Of a stretch of DNA of 43,188 bases, positions 1-10,008 are shown in pieces; within the stretch, counting starts at the first letter, position 1, and every line of letters starts with the position of its first letter. A model generated the notes under the pieces. It was not told where the DNA came from. It searched no databases and saw only the letters and a list, made by a program, of their open reading frames with translations. Source of the stretch: a virus (taxonomy: Duplodnaviria > Caudoviricetes); the IMG/VR virus record IMGVR_UViG_3300034965_000015, positions 1-43,188 of that record. The stretch is one strand, 5' to 3'. Made by a program: the position numbers and the translations under genes.

Positions 1-178
1 TGGCGGACCCCCGGCCTATCGCGTTCGGCGAATGGACGCCGGATATGTCCGACCGCCTGTCCGAAACCAACGAGGCCAAGGGCGTCGTGGCACGCGGTGG
101 CGGCTATGGGCCGTTCAACTCGCCGCAAGCCATCAACACCGGCCTCGCGGTGCTGCTCAATCCCGCGCTCGGCGGCGC
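1..178. repeat. terminal direct repeat (circular overlap), copy 1
   Basis: Matches 43011-43188 except 4 substitutions (positions 128, 131, 143, 149); first 127 bp identical. Confidence 0.97.
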
Positions 179-1478
179 AACCTTTCTCGACGCCAATGGC
201 GACGGCCAGACCTTTGCCGGCGACACCACCAAGCTATACCGGCTGGTGTCCAACCTCTTCGATGATGCCTCCAAGGTCGGCGGTTATTCGCTCGCGGCCG
301 AAGAGCGCTGGGTGTTCGAGCAGTTCGGCCAGTTCGTCGTCGCGGTTGCCCCCGGCGAGGCGCCGCAGGTGTTCCAGATGGGCGTCTCCACCGACTTCGC
401 CAATCTTGCCGGCTCGCCGCCGCAGTTCACCTCGATCTGGCGGCATGGCGACTTCCTGATGGGCGGGCTGAACTTCACCCTCACCTGGAGCGCCTTCAAC
501 AACATCACCGACTGGACGCCCTCGATTGCGACCCAATCCGATAGCCAGGTCCTCGACCAGGCCGGCGGGCAGATCATGGGCGGGACGATCGGCGAGTATG
601 GCGCAATCTTTCAGGAAACCCAGATTCGCCGCGTCACCTATGTCGGGCCGCCGGTCATCTTCAATTTCGAGCAGGATGCCATCGAGAAGCGCCGCGGCGC
701 GCTGTCGCGCTATGCCTTCGTGCGGCTCGGGCGGCTGATTTTCTACGCATCGAGCCAGGGTTTCTACGTTTTCGACGGCCAGCAGTCCATCCCCATCGGC
801 GAAAACAAGGTGGACGAATACTTCAAGACGCGGCTGAACTTCGGCCGCCGCGACCTGGTGACGGCCGCCTATGATAGCGCCCAGAAAGCCGTGGTGTTCG
901 GCTTCCCGACCGAGTCCGCCAACACCATCACCGAGCAGCTGATCTATTCGCTGACGGATCGCCGTTGGACGCATGACGACAATGTGCTGGAGTTCCTGTT
1001 CGAGACGGTGGGCGCGTCCTACACGGTCGACAACATCTCCAACTTCTTCGGCCCGCCCGACAACATCGACGTGATCACCTCCATCTCGATCGACAGCGCG
1101 GCATTCCGCGGCGGACAGAAGGCGATGGCGGGATTTAACACCTCACACGCGCTGTGCCAGTTTGACGGGCAGACGCGGCCCGCCACCATCGACACCATCG
1201 AGGCCGAACTGGTACCCGGACGGCGCTCGCTGGTGACGGAGCTGTGGCCGCTGGTCGATGCCTCGCCGAGCAGCGCGGTGTCGGCCCGCGTGCTTTACCG
1301 GGTGCTGCCAGGCGATCCCATCCTGCTGGCCCCGTCATCGGTGATGAACGCTTACGGCAATTGCGATGCGCTGACCGATAGCCGGTTCATGCGCGCAAGG
1401 CTTGAGCTTGCCGCAGGCACGGCCTGGACGCGGGCCGAGGGCATCGGTTTTGTCGGCAAACCGACGAGCGCCCGCTGA
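1..1478 (+). CDS. tail nozzle / head-closure (stabilisation) protein; true start wraps from ATG at 43010
   Basis: ORF 45-1478 is open in frame back to ATG 43010 (MADPRPIAFGEWTPD...), which overlaps the TGA of the adaptor gene; about 490 aa, beta-rich; nozzle position after adaptor in podovirus gene order. Confidence 0.7.
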   Translation, partial: ADPRPIAFGEWTPDMSDRLSETNEAKGVVARGGGYGPFNSPQAINTGLAVLLNPALGGATFLDANGDGQTFAGDTTKLYRLVSNLFDDASKVGGYSLAAEERWVFEQFGQFVVAVAPGEAPQVFQMGVSTDFANLAGSPPQFTSIWRHGDFLMGGLNFTLTWSAFNNITDWTPSIATQSDSQVLDQAGGQIMGGTIGEYGAIFQETQIRRVTYVGPPVIFNFEQDAIEKRRGALSRYAFVRLGRLIFYASSQGFYVFDGQQSIPIGENKVDEYFKTRLNFGRRDLVTAAYDSAQKAVVFGFPTESANTITEQLIYSLTDRRWTHDDNVLEFLFETVGASYTVDNISNFFGPPDNIDVITSISIDSAAFRGGQKAMAGFNTSHALCQFDGQTRPATIDTIEAELVPGRRSLVTELWPLVDASPSSAVSARVLYRVLPGDPILLAPSSVMNAYGNCDALTDSRFMRARLELAAGTAWTRAEGIGFVGKPTSAR

Positions 1479-2479
1479 TGGAACGGAGTTGGCCGACACC
1501 GCCGAGCCAAGACCCGCAGAGTCTGTATCTGTGGGCGCTGGAGATGGTCAAGCTGCTGCGCTCGGGCGAGATCGGCACCTCTGGCGGCGAGAGCATCGTG
1601 GCCGGCGGTGCGGCGACGCCCGGCAATACGCGGGCGCTGACGGATACAGCGACGGTCGCCTGGGACTTCGCGACCGATAATCAGGCCAAGGCGAACGTTC
1701 CGGACGACGCCATCACCTATGCCAAGATGCAGAACATCTCGGCAACGTCGCGCATTCTGGGCCGCGCGACATCTGGCGCCGGCAATACCGAGGAACTGAC
1801 CCTCTCCCAGGTGCTGGACTTCATCGGCTCGGCGGCGCAAGGGGACATCCTCTATCGCGACTCGTCCGCGTGGGCGCGGCTGGGGGCAGGCACCAACAGG
1901 CAGTTTCTGCAGACGCAAGGGGCGGCCGCTAACCCGCAATGGACGAACGGCGGCACGGTGCTTCTCACCTCTGGCACGGTCAGTGCCGTCGCAACGCTGG
2001 ACATCGTGCTGACCGCCTACACCGCCTATCGCGGGCTGATTTTCGAGCTCTCCGGCTTTCTGCCGGCAACGGATGGTGTCGATCTGCTCCTGCAGTTCTC
2101 GACCAACGGTGGCTCGTCTTATGACGGCGGCGCCGGGAATTATGACTGGGCTGCTCGGCGCGAAGGCGATGGCGCGGCCGGAGCGAACGCGGGCAGCGGC
2201 GCCGATACCGTCATCCATCTTGTCGGTGTCGCGGAAATCGGGAACGCCTCGACAGAGGGCATCAACGTCACGGTTAAAATCTTGAACCAGACGAGCACGG
2301 CGTTTTGGACCAAGGCAGAGTGGAAGGGGCATTATATCAGCAATGCCGCTACCCCTGGGGGGAATGAAATTCACGGCGGCGGCGCTCGCGAAGCAGCGCA
2401 GGACACTGACGCGGTGCGCTTCCAATTTTCCAGCGGCAACATCGCAGCCGGCAATTATGCAGTTTATGGGCTCCTGTAA
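1478..2479 (+). CDS. tail fibre/needle-like virion protein
   Basis: Fibre-like segments (ITYAKMQN..ILGRATSGAG, GDILYRDSSAWARLGAGT) and a beta-rich C-terminal domain ending YAVYGLL; follows nozzle. Confidence 0.6.
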   Translation: MERSWPTPPSQDPQSLYLWALEMVKLLRSGEIGTSGGESIVAGGAATPGNTRALTDTATVAWDFATDNQAKANVPDDAITYAKMQNISATSRILGRATSGAGNTEELTLSQVLDFIGSAAQGDILYRDSSAWARLGAGTNRQFLQTQGAAANPQWTNGGTVLLTSGTVSAVATLDIVLTAYTAYRGLIFELSGFLPATDGVDLLLQFSTNGGSSYDGGAGNYDWAARREGDGAAGANAGSGADTVIHLVGVAEIGNASTEGINVTVKILNQTSTAFWTKAEWKGHYISNAATPGGNEIHGGGAREAAQDTDAVRFQFSSGNIAAGNYAVYGLL

Positions 2480-2766
2480 TGGCTGACACCACCAAGATTT
2501 TCGACCGCAATGCGCAAGGGATGCTGTTCGAGATCACCCGCGCCGATGTCGGGACGCGGCCGGTCAACGCCGCATCTTTCAACGTTTACGTGGTGGCATC
2601 CCCTGAGGATATCGCCCAGCGCGCAGCTATTGAGCAGGCCAGCGCTGCCGCCACCGCAGCGGCCGGGCTCGCCGCAACCCGGCTTGCGGCGCAGAAAGTG
2701 ACGGCGATGAGCAAGCTTGCGGCCCTCGGCATTACCGCCACCGATGTCGCGGCGATCCTGGCCTGA
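2479..2766 (+). CDS. hypothetical protein (possible fibre chaperone)
   Basis: Translationally coupled; ends KLAALGITATDVAAILA, a tail type often seen after fibre genes. Confidence 0.5.
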   Translation: MADTTKIFDRNAQGMLFEITRADVGTRPVNAASFNVYVVASPEDIAQRAAIEQASAAATAAAGLAATRLAAQKVTAMSKLAALGITATDVAAILA

Positions 2767-3173
2767 TGCGGCTTGAACCGATCCCGCGCGATCTGGTACC
2801 GCCCTACTGGCCCCGTATCGCGCCTTGGTTGAAGCAACTGGACGAGCGCTTCCCGGCATGGGCGCGGATGCAGGACCCGATGGGCAAGTGCATGACCGGC
2901 CACGCCCAGCTCTGGCTCATCCGCGATGGCCAGGTCATCAAGGGCGCGCTGATCACCCAGATTACCGTCGATGCCGAGCGCGTTGCGGAAATCCCGGTGG
3001 CGGTCGGCGAGGACATGGAAGACTGCCTCTACGTGCTGGACGAACTGGAGCCATGGGCGCGCCGCGAGGGCTGCGTGGCCTTGGTGAGCACCGCCGGCCG
3101 TGAGGGCTGGATAAGGGTTTTGAAGGATCGCGGCTGGCGCAAAACCGCCGTGCTGATGGAGCGCCGACTATGA
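2766..3173 (+). CDS. GNAT-fold-like protein (position of P22 gp14 / T7 gp13)
   Basis: 135 aa with ..WARREGC..GREGWIRVLKDRGW.. pattern, immediately before the ejection genes. Confidence 0.55.
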   Translation: MRLEPIPRDLVPPYWPRIAPWLKQLDERFPAWARMQDPMGKCMTGHAQLWLIRDGQVIKGALITQITVDAERVAEIPVAVGEDMEDCLYVLDELEPWARREGCVALVSTAGREGWIRVLKDRGWRKTAVLMERRL

Positions 3174-4042
3174 GCAGCAAGCAGTCGTCATCGACCAAGT
3201 CGGACCCTTGGGCACCAGCCCAGGCGGGGCTGAAGAACACGCTGCAGACGGCGAACGACTGGCAGACCAGTCAGGGCGACCGGCCGCTATTCGCGGGCTC
3301 CAGCGTGCAGGGCTTCGACCCGGCGCAGACGCAGGCATTGCAGGGCATCAACCAGCGCGCCACGGACGGCTCGCCGCTGGTCGACCAGAGCAAGGACTAC
3401 ACCAGCCGCGTCATGAACGGGGATTATCTGAACTCCAACCCCGAGTTCGGCGCGCTGAAGGACAGCATTACCGCCGGCGTCATGCCGGGCATGAATGCCA
3501 CCTTCTCCGGGGCGGGGCGCACGGGCAGTGACACCCATGCGTACAGCCTCGGCAAAGCGCTGAGCGACAGCATGGCGCCGCTGGCGTTCCAGAACTACCA
3601 GCGCGAGCGCGGCATGCAGGACCAGGCCTCACACTTCGCGCCGCAGCTCGCGAACCAGGACTATTACGACCTCGATCGGCAGTTCGCGGCGGGCGGCGCG
3701 CAGCAGGGGCAGAGCCAAGCCGAACTCAGCGACCAGATCAGCAAATACTACCAGGAGCAGCAGCGCCCGCTGACGGCGGCACAGCAGGCGTCCTCGCTGA
3801 TCAACCCGATTGCGGGCATGGGCGGCACCTCGCAGACGACGCAGCAGACCAGCGCCAACCCGCTAACCTCGATCCTCGGCGGGGCGATGATGGGTTACAG
3901 TGCGCTCAATCCGGCGGCTGGCGGGGTGATGGGGATGCTCGGCGGCCAGCAGCAGGCACAGGCGGGGAGCGGCTATCAGGCGCCGCGCACCTACGTCCCG
4001 GCGCCGAGCTACACGTCGTTTGGCTCCATGTCCGCATATTGA
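3170..4042 (+). CDS. DNA ejection (pilot) protein 1
   Basis: Q/G/S/A-rich, N-terminal SSKQSSSTKSDPW, hydrophobic Gly-rich C-terminus; first of the ejection-gene run. Confidence 0.65.
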   Translation: MSSKQSSSTKSDPWAPAQAGLKNTLQTANDWQTSQGDRPLFAGSSVQGFDPAQTQALQGINQRATDGSPLVDQSKDYTSRVMNGDYLNSNPEFGALKDSITAGVMPGMNATFSGAGRTGSDTHAYSLGKALSDSMAPLAFQNYQRERGMQDQASHFAPQLANQDYYDLDRQFAAGGAQQGQSQAELSDQISKYYQEQQRPLTAAQQASSLINPIAGMGGTSQTTQQTSANPLTSILGGAMMGYSALNPAAGGVMGMLGGQQQAQAGSGYQAPRTYVPAPSYTSFGSMSAY

Positions 4043-4045
4043 TCG

Positions 4046-5725
4046 ATGGCAGACCCTTTCGAACAACTCTGGGGGCCGTCGCCGAGCGCCAACCCAGGCC
4101 CGCTGACATCGCTGCTGCGGCCAAACCAAGGCGCGGCGCTCGGGCTCCGTCCTGGCCAGGAAGCCGACCTGTCCACCTTCGATGCGCCGGGCGGGGCCAA
4201 GTTCACCGTAGCGCGCAAGGTCGCGCCGCAGTTCCAGGGCTTTCTCAATGAGCTTGCCGGCAGCGGCTATAGCATCAATCCGCAGGCTTCGGGCGGCTAC
4301 AATAACCGCAACATCGCCGGATCGAACCGGCCCAGCCAGCACGCTTTCGGCAATGCGATCGACCTCAATTGGGACCAGAACCCGCGCGGCACGGCCAAGA
4401 GCAACCTTCCCCCGAATGTCGGGGATATCGCGGCGAAATACGGGCTGACCTGGGGCGGCACCTGGAAGAACCCGGACCCGATGCATTTCGAGGCATCGCA
4501 GATCATGGGCGGGCAGCCCGCAGCCCCTACGCAGACGGAGAAACCTATGCCGATGCCATATCAGGACGATCCGCAACGGCCGCAGCAACAGCCCCTCGCC
4601 GGCGCCATGGGCGGCAATTCCTTCGTGCCAGGCATCATGGGCGGCGGCGATCAGCCTGGCTATTTCGGCAAGCTGCTGGCGGACCCGACGTTCCTCATGG
4701 GGGCCTCGGTGCTCGGCGCAGGGCTGTCCGGCCGCGATGCGGGCTCGGCGCTCGCCACGGGGGCGCAGGGGGCGGCGGCCGTTTCGGAGATGACCGAGAA
4801 GCGCCGCCGCGCGCAGGCGTGGCAGAAGATCATGGGCAACGGCACGCCTGACCCGAACTCGCCGATCCTGAAGGGCATTCCGCCGGAAGTGCTGCCGATC
4901 ATCCATGCGATGGGGCCAGAGCAGGGGATGCAGGTGCTTGGCCAGATCGCCATGAAGAAGATGTCGCCGCACCAGCTGACGACCGTTGCGCCTGGCGCAT
5001 CGCTCTATGACGAGCAAGCGGGCAAGGTGGCCTATACGGCCCCGGATGCATCCAAGCTGCCTACGGGCTATCAGGCGGGGCCAGACGCAGGCAGTCTCGC
5101 ATACATCCCCGGCGGCCCGGCCGATCCTGCCCTGAAAGTCAAAGAGGTGCAGTATTCGGAGGGCGCGTCGAGGGCGGCGAACTTCGGCAACATGATGGCC
5201 GAGGCGGAAAAATCGTTGGAGGGCATGGCCAAGAAAGGGCCAGATGGAAAGCCGCTGGCGCTGGAGAACCCGAACGGCCTCGGCGGCACGCTGCGCGAAT
5301 CCATGATGCCCGACTCCGTGGCGAATCCCCTGCGTTCGTCCGAATATCAGAACTATCGGCAGTCCGCGATGCAATGGGTAAGGGCCAAGCTGCGCAAGGA
5401 GTCCGGCGCCGCGATCTCGAACGGTGAATTCGAGGGCGAATTCCAGACCTATTTCCCGCAATATGGCGATGGGCCGGACGTGATCAAACAGAAGCAGCTT
5501 GCCCGCCAGCAGGCGCAGGAAGGTATGATTGCTGAGAGCCGGGGGGCTTACAATCAGCTGTTCGGGGCAAAGAGAGCGCCCGGCGTAGGAGTCGCTCCCG
5601 GTGCCGCTCCGGCAGCCCAGCCCCAGGCTCCTGCCGCACCGCCCCAGCCGGGGCAGGTCGAGGACGGCTATCGCTTCAAGGGCGGCAATCCAGCCGACCC
5701 CAATAGCTGGGAGAGGATGCAGTAA
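4046..5725 (+). CDS. ejection protein 2 with N-terminal M15-family Zn peptidase (peptidoglycan hydrolase) domain
   Basis: M15 motifs GGYNNR..SQHAFGNAIDLN..WGGTW..DPMHFE; rest low-complexity/helical; C-terminal GQVEDGYRFKGGNPADPNSW motif. Confidence 0.75.
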   Translation: MADPFEQLWGPSPSANPGPLTSLLRPNQGAALGLRPGQEADLSTFDAPGGAKFTVARKVAPQFQGFLNELAGSGYSINPQASGGYNNRNIAGSNRPSQHAFGNAIDLNWDQNPRGTAKSNLPPNVGDIAAKYGLTWGGTWKNPDPMHFEASQIMGGQPAAPTQTEKPMPMPYQDDPQRPQQQPLAGAMGGNSFVPGIMGGGDQPGYFGKLLADPTFLMGASVLGAGLSGRDAGSALATGAQGAAAVSEMTEKRRRAQAWQKIMGNGTPDPNSPILKGIPPEVLPIIHAMGPEQGMQVLGQIAMKKMSPHQLTTVAPGASLYDEQAGKVAYTAPDASKLPTGYQAGPDAGSLAYIPGGPADPALKVKEVQYSEGASRAANFGNMMAEAEKSLEGMAKKGPDGKPLALENPNGLGGTLRESMMPDSVANPLRSSEYQNYRQSAMQWVRAKLRKESGAAISNGEFEGEFQTYFPQYGDGPDVIKQKQLARQQAQEGMIAESRGAYNQLFGAKRAPGVGVAPGAAPAAQPQAPAAPPQPGQVEDGYRFKGGNPADPNSWERMQ

Positions 5726-8106
5726 TGGCAGGCCCCTGGGAGCGCTACGCCGAGCCTCAGGCTGGTCCGCCCGCCGGTGCGATGCCGTGGGAGAAATACG
5801 CCCCGCTGGCCCAGCCCGCAACGTTCATGAAGCCTGAGGACGAAACCCTCTACCGGCAGGAACTGGCCAAGGCGCAGGCGACGTTCGATCAGCCGCGCAT
5901 CCCGCCCCCGCCCGAAGTCGGCGCGCCAGCCTCGCCCGAGCAGGCTGCGCGCGAGGGCGTCCTGCGTCAACGCACCCAGGAAGGCCAGAAGGCCGAGTTC
6001 GACGCCAGCCGCACGCCTGCCCGCCGCGTCATGGACACGGCGACCTTCGCCGCGTCCGCACCGATCCGCGCGCTAACGGGCGGCCAATACGGCCTTGGCG
6101 ACGTGGCCGGCGCACTCTCCAGCGACAAGGCAGCGGTCGAGGGCGCCAAGCAATCGGAGGCGGACTTCGCCGAGGCCAATAAGGGATGGCTCGAACCCGT
6201 CGCGCAAGCCGGCGAGGTCGGCCTTGGCATTCCAGCTTTGCAAGCGCTCGGCGCGGCCCCTGGAGGCATGCTCGCCGCAAGCCGTCTGTCGATGGCCAAC
6301 CGGCTCATGCGCGGCACGCCCCGCAACCCGGCACCGCTCGCCACGCCCGCACAGGCCGCTGGTCCGGCTGCCCGCATCGCCGATCGCGCCGCATTCGTGG
6401 AAGAAGGTATCCCCGAATTCGCGCCCGCCTTCGGCAGCAAGGGCGTTGCCCGCACCGCCCGCACCATCGAGGAAGCCCCGCTGGTCGGCGGCACGGTCAA
6501 GGTGCCCAAGACCGCCGTCGAGCAGGCCATGGCAGAGCGCCAGAAGCAGCTTGCCCGGCAGGCTGGCCCGGAGCTGGCCCAGGAAGATGTCGGCGATGTC
6601 GTCCAGCACGGCCTTGGCCGCTTTCGTGGCTCGAACCTGCAGGACCTTGAGCGCGCTCAGGTGCAGGGGCTCGGGCTGACGCCGGACCGCCCGCCGATGA
6701 ACGTTCGCGGGAACGTCAATATCAACCGGCCGAGCCAGCTCGATACATCGGCCATGCTGGGAAGCGAATTGGAAGCGGCGGCATCCTCGCGGGTGAACCT
6801 GCCTGGCTCGACCCGCGCTCGCGTCGAAGACCTATCGCCGCAGGAAGTGCAGCGCATCATCGCCTTGCCCGCCCGCGATACCAGCTTTGCCACCAAGGCT
6901 TCGGCGCTCTATCGGCAGGCGGAGGACGCTGTGCCTGCCTTGATGCGGGAGAACAACACGGCGAACCCAGGCTTGCTCGCAACGCGCAATTCCAGCCAAA
7001 TCGCGCGGGGACTGATGCAGCATGAGCAGTCGGCGAGCATCAGCGGCGGCGTGCTGCATGGGCGTTTTGGGCAACTCGTTCAGGACCTCGCCAACCCGCG
7101 CCGCAACTTCACGCTCGACAATCTGCGGGCGGCGCGGACTGAGGTCGGCCGGGCGCTGTCAAACTTCGGCGACTTCGATGCCCGCCTCGATCGCACCCAA
7201 CTGCGCCAGCTCTATGCCGGCATCTCGAACGACTATCAGGCGGGGCTTGTGGCGCTCGCCGCCCGAGCGCGGCGCCTTTCCCGACTGCAGCCTGGAGACA
7301 GAGGGTACGTTGAGGGGGCAACGGCGCAAATGGCTGACGCGGCCGACCGCGCGCTGCACCGCTACCGTGTGGCGGACCGCTATTATCGCAGCGGCATCGA
7401 GCGCATGGACCGCTTCATGGACGTGCTCGGCGCAAAGACGCTGGAGCAGGCGAGCCGCAAGATCGGCTCTTATCTGAAGGAAAACACCCAGAACATCCGC
7501 GCGCTCGAAAGCATGTCGTCATCGCTTCGCCCCGGCGAATGGCGCGCTGTGCTGGGGCATGTGATCGAGGGGCTGGGGCGCCTGACGCCCGGCTCGCGCG
7601 AGGCTGAGAAAATCTTCTCATTCGAGCGCTATGCCACCGACTGGAACAAGATCAGCCAGAACCCGCGCACGCTGGAGCTGTTTCGCCGCTCGCTTGGCCC
7701 TGAGGTCGTCCGCTCGCTCAACAACATGGGCCGCATCGCCGAGCGCATGAAATATTACGAGACGACGAAGAACTACAGCGGCGCGGCTTACACGATCGGG
7801 GCGGGGGCTGGTGTGGCTGCGCTCTTCAACCCGACGATGTGGCCGGCGCTGATCGGTTCCGTAGCGGCAACGGGCGTCACGGGGAAGGTGCTCACCAGCA
7901 GGTGGTTCGCCGCCTGGGTGAACAGCCTGAATCGCGCCCAACTGCAGGTCGGGAATTCCGTGGCGGCGACAAGGCAGGCGCTGCAGCCGCATCTTCAGCG
8001 TCTGGCGCAGTTTGCAGCCAGGGAGCCAGATCCTGAAGTCGCGGCGGCGATGGGGGCTTTGGGGCTTGCGATCGATCGTCAGTTGCAGGCAGCCAGTCCT
8101 CAATGA
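5725..8106 (+). CDS. large ejection protein 3
   Basis: 793 aa, helical Ala/Arg-rich, N-terminal PWERY/PWEKY repeat, hydrophobic stretch near C-terminus; synteny. Confidence 0.65.
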   Translation: MAGPWERYAEPQAGPPAGAMPWEKYAPLAQPATFMKPEDETLYRQELAKAQATFDQPRIPPPPEVGAPASPEQAAREGVLRQRTQEGQKAEFDASRTPARRVMDTATFAASAPIRALTGGQYGLGDVAGALSSDKAAVEGAKQSEADFAEANKGWLEPVAQAGEVGLGIPALQALGAAPGGMLAASRLSMANRLMRGTPRNPAPLATPAQAAGPAARIADRAAFVEEGIPEFAPAFGSKGVARTARTIEEAPLVGGTVKVPKTAVEQAMAERQKQLARQAGPELAQEDVGDVVQHGLGRFRGSNLQDLERAQVQGLGLTPDRPPMNVRGNVNINRPSQLDTSAMLGSELEAAASSRVNLPGSTRARVEDLSPQEVQRIIALPARDTSFATKASALYRQAEDAVPALMRENNTANPGLLATRNSSQIARGLMQHEQSASISGGVLHGRFGQLVQDLANPRRNFTLDNLRAARTEVGRALSNFGDFDARLDRTQLRQLYAGISNDYQAGLVALAARARRLSRLQPGDRGYVEGATAQMADAADRALHRYRVADRYYRSGIERMDRFMDVLGAKTLEQASRKIGSYLKENTQNIRALESMSSSLRPGEWRAVLGHVIEGLGRLTPGSREAEKIFSFERYATDWNKISQNPRTLELFRRSLGPEVVRSLNNMGRIAERMKYYETTKNYSGAAYTIGAGAGVAALFNPTMWPALIGSVAATGVTGKVLTSRWFAAWVNSLNRAQLQVGNSVAATRQALQPHLQRLAQFAAREPDPEVAAAMGALGLAIDRQLQAASPQ

Positions 8107-8284
8107 AGATGGCCGCGACAACGGCGACCATGCAGAGCCAGATCAGTTGCGCGCCGTACTCGCCCAGCCCGCGCGGGACGGCGTCGATGATCTTGAACAC
8201 GGGGTTGAGGACATAGCCGACCGGCACCATGCAGAGCGCGCCGACGACGAGGAATAGGTAAAGCCGCAGCAGCGTTTTAAACAT
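7892..8284 (-). CDS. small 2-TM membrane protein with read-through tail antisense to ejection gene
   Basis: MFKTLLRLYLFLVVGALCMVPVGYVL..QLIWLCMVAVVAAIF; hydrophobic part lies in the intergenic gap, remainder overlaps the 3' end of 5725-8106. Confidence 0.5.
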   Translation of the reverse strand: MFKTLLRLYLFLVVGALCMVPVGYVLNPVFKIIDAVPRGLGEYGAQLIWLCMVAVVAAIFIEDWLPATDDRSQAPKPPSPPRLQDLAPWLQTAPDAEDAAAAPALSPPRNSRPAVGRDSGCSPRRRTTCW

Positions 8285-8320
8285 GCACAAAAAGTACACG
8301 AGTTCGCGGCGAGTGGCAAA

Positions 8321-8494
8321 TCAGCGGAACCGGCGCCCGAACGTCACATAGAGAGCGGCCCCGGCGATGATCGCCTGGAGCGCTGCAAATTCAAGGATGG
8401 GCAGCGTTGGTCCGGCAAGATGAAGCGCCATGATGGCGGGCAACATGAACAGCGCAGCGCCTGACAACCCGAGCACCCAAACGATGATTCGCAT
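8321..8494 (-). CDS. 57-aa 2-TM membrane protein (not in ORF track)
   Basis: Manual translation MRIIVWVLGLSGAALFMLPAIMALHLAGPTLPILEFAALQAIIAGAALYVTFGRRFR; fills the intergenic gap. Confidence 0.55.
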   Translation of the reverse strand: MRIIVWVLGLSGAALFMLPAIMALHLAGPTLPILEFAALQAIIAGAALYVTFGRRFR

Positions 8495-8508
8495 GATGAG
8501 GTCCCTCG

Positions 8509-10008
8509 ATGACGCTTGATGAACTGAACGCAGTTGACACGAAGGATGCGGCTGCCGTCAAGACGCTGCAGGAATTCCTGAAATCGCGCGGTTACTACAA
8601 GGGAAAGATCGACGGCACTTGGGGCGGTGGCACGACAGACGGCGCGGATAAGCTCCGGAACGATCTGATGGAGACGGCGAAAATCGCCCGCGACAAGGCT
8701 GTTGCGGAGCAAGGGACAGCCCAGACCACCGCAGAGTCGAACAGCCCGCTCAACAACGCGCTCAGGGGCGCAACGGAGTTCGGCCCCTATGCCGGCGGCG
8801 CGGCGCTTGGAGCTTGGATGGGGCACAAGGGCAAGCAGGGGCTGGACGCTCGATGGGCGCGGGACGCGGCCGAGACGAAGGCCATGGCGAATGATCCAAG
8901 CATCGCTGGGCCGGTTGCCGAAAGGAAAATGGGCAGTATGCGGTCGAGCCGCAACGCCATTACCGGTGCGCAGTTCCTGGCCCCTGCCGCGCTGCTCGGC
9001 TCGGCCGAGTTCATCCGGGGCCATGTCGCACCCAACTTCGAGGGCGAAACGAAAAAGTGGATCAATCTCGGCGCGAATGCTGACCAGGGCGCCGGGCTTG
9101 GCCTTGCCGCGCATCAGCTCTTTGACCTGAAGAACCGGATTGGCAGCCCCGCAGACGCGGCGGACGAGGCGCGGATCGAGACCAGGGCCAATCCACCTGC
9201 ACCGCCGCCCCCACCTCCACCGCCGAACACCCGCCCGAATAGCGAACGCCTGATCGCAGCAGCGAAAGCCGCAGGCGCGACCGGAGCGCAAGCCAAGACC
9301 AAGACAGCGGCGGCTGAATTTCTGGCCAACAACGTAACGGAGGCCAATCGGGCTGCTGTGCTGGCCGAACTGCCTGCGGGCACGACGGTTCGACAGATCA
9401 CCTCGACAGTGAAGCGGCTGGCATCGAAGCCCGGCGCGTCCTCGATCGTTGCGCCGCTGCTCGGGGGTGCCGTCGCCTATGACGCCGCGTCGAGCGATGC
9501 CGAGGCCGCAGGGGCGACACCCGGCGAGGCGAGGGCAGCGGGGGCTAAAGCAGGTGCCGGCGGTGCTGCCCTGACGGCGGGCGGGGCCTATGGTCTGAGC
9601 AAGATTTTGGAGAAGGCCCCGACGCTCGGCAATGCGCTTGGCATGGGCGGCGGTTTCGGCAGTGGCCTGTCGATAGCGTCGAATATGGGGCCGAACACCG
9701 ACCTGGAGCACCAGAAGGAGCGCACCGCCATCGCGCAGAAATACCCCAGGCTGGCGAGCCTGATGGGCATCCAGGACGAGATGGCGCAGGTGCCGGAGCG
9801 CAACATGGGCAAGACGGACGAATTCGCCCAGGCGAGGGCGCTGCAGGTTCCCCAGGGCATCCCGATGCCGCAGCCCAATGGGCAGTTGCCGCCGGAGTTG
9901 CTCGCCGCGATGGGGGCAGGTCCGCAGATGCCGCAGCAACAGCCGCCGATGCCTATGAGGCGTCCGCAGATGCCTTATGCGGCTTTGGGCTTTGGGGGGC
10001 GGTATTAG
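8509..10008 (+). CDS. virion/ejection-type protein with N-terminal peptidoglycan-binding domain
   Basis: AVKTLQEFLKSRGYYKGKIDGTWGGGT fits the PG_binding_1 pattern; remainder Ala/Gly/Pro-rich with hydrophobic helices. Confidence 0.65.
   Translation: MTLDELNAVDTKDAAAVKTLQEFLKSRGYYKGKIDGTWGGGTTDGADKLRNDLMETAKIARDKAVAEQGTAQTTAESNSPLNNALRGATEFGPYAGGAALGAWMGHKGKQGLDARWARDAAETKAMANDPSIAGPVAERKMGSMRSSRNAITGAQFLAPAALLGSAEFIRGHVAPNFEGETKKWINLGANADQGAGLGLAAHQLFDLKNRIGSPADAADEARIETRANPPAPPPPPPPPNTRPNSERLIAAAKAAGATGAQAKTKTAAAEFLANNVTEANRAAVLAELPAGTTVRQITSTVKRLASKPGASSIVAPLLGGAVAYDAASSDAEAAGATPGEARAAGAKAGAGGAALTAGGAYGLSKILEKAPTLGNALGMGGGFGSGLSIASNMGPNTDLEHQKERTAIAQKYPRLASLMGIQDEMAQVPERNMGKTDEFAQARALQVPQGIPMPQPNGQLPPELLAAMGAGPQMPQQQPPMPMRRPQMPYAALGFGGRY

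Noticed and set aside
1-178. Biological direct terminal repeats of the virion DNA
   Set aside because: The repeat lies at an arbitrary point inside the structural operon, and its exact-match length fits an assembly overlap.
3863-5821. 652-aa antisense ORF (likewise 8344-9939, 32072-33259, 33459-35192, 40180-41343)
   Set aside because: Shadows of well-supported plus-strand genes in high-GC DNA; Arg/Ala-rich, no motifs.
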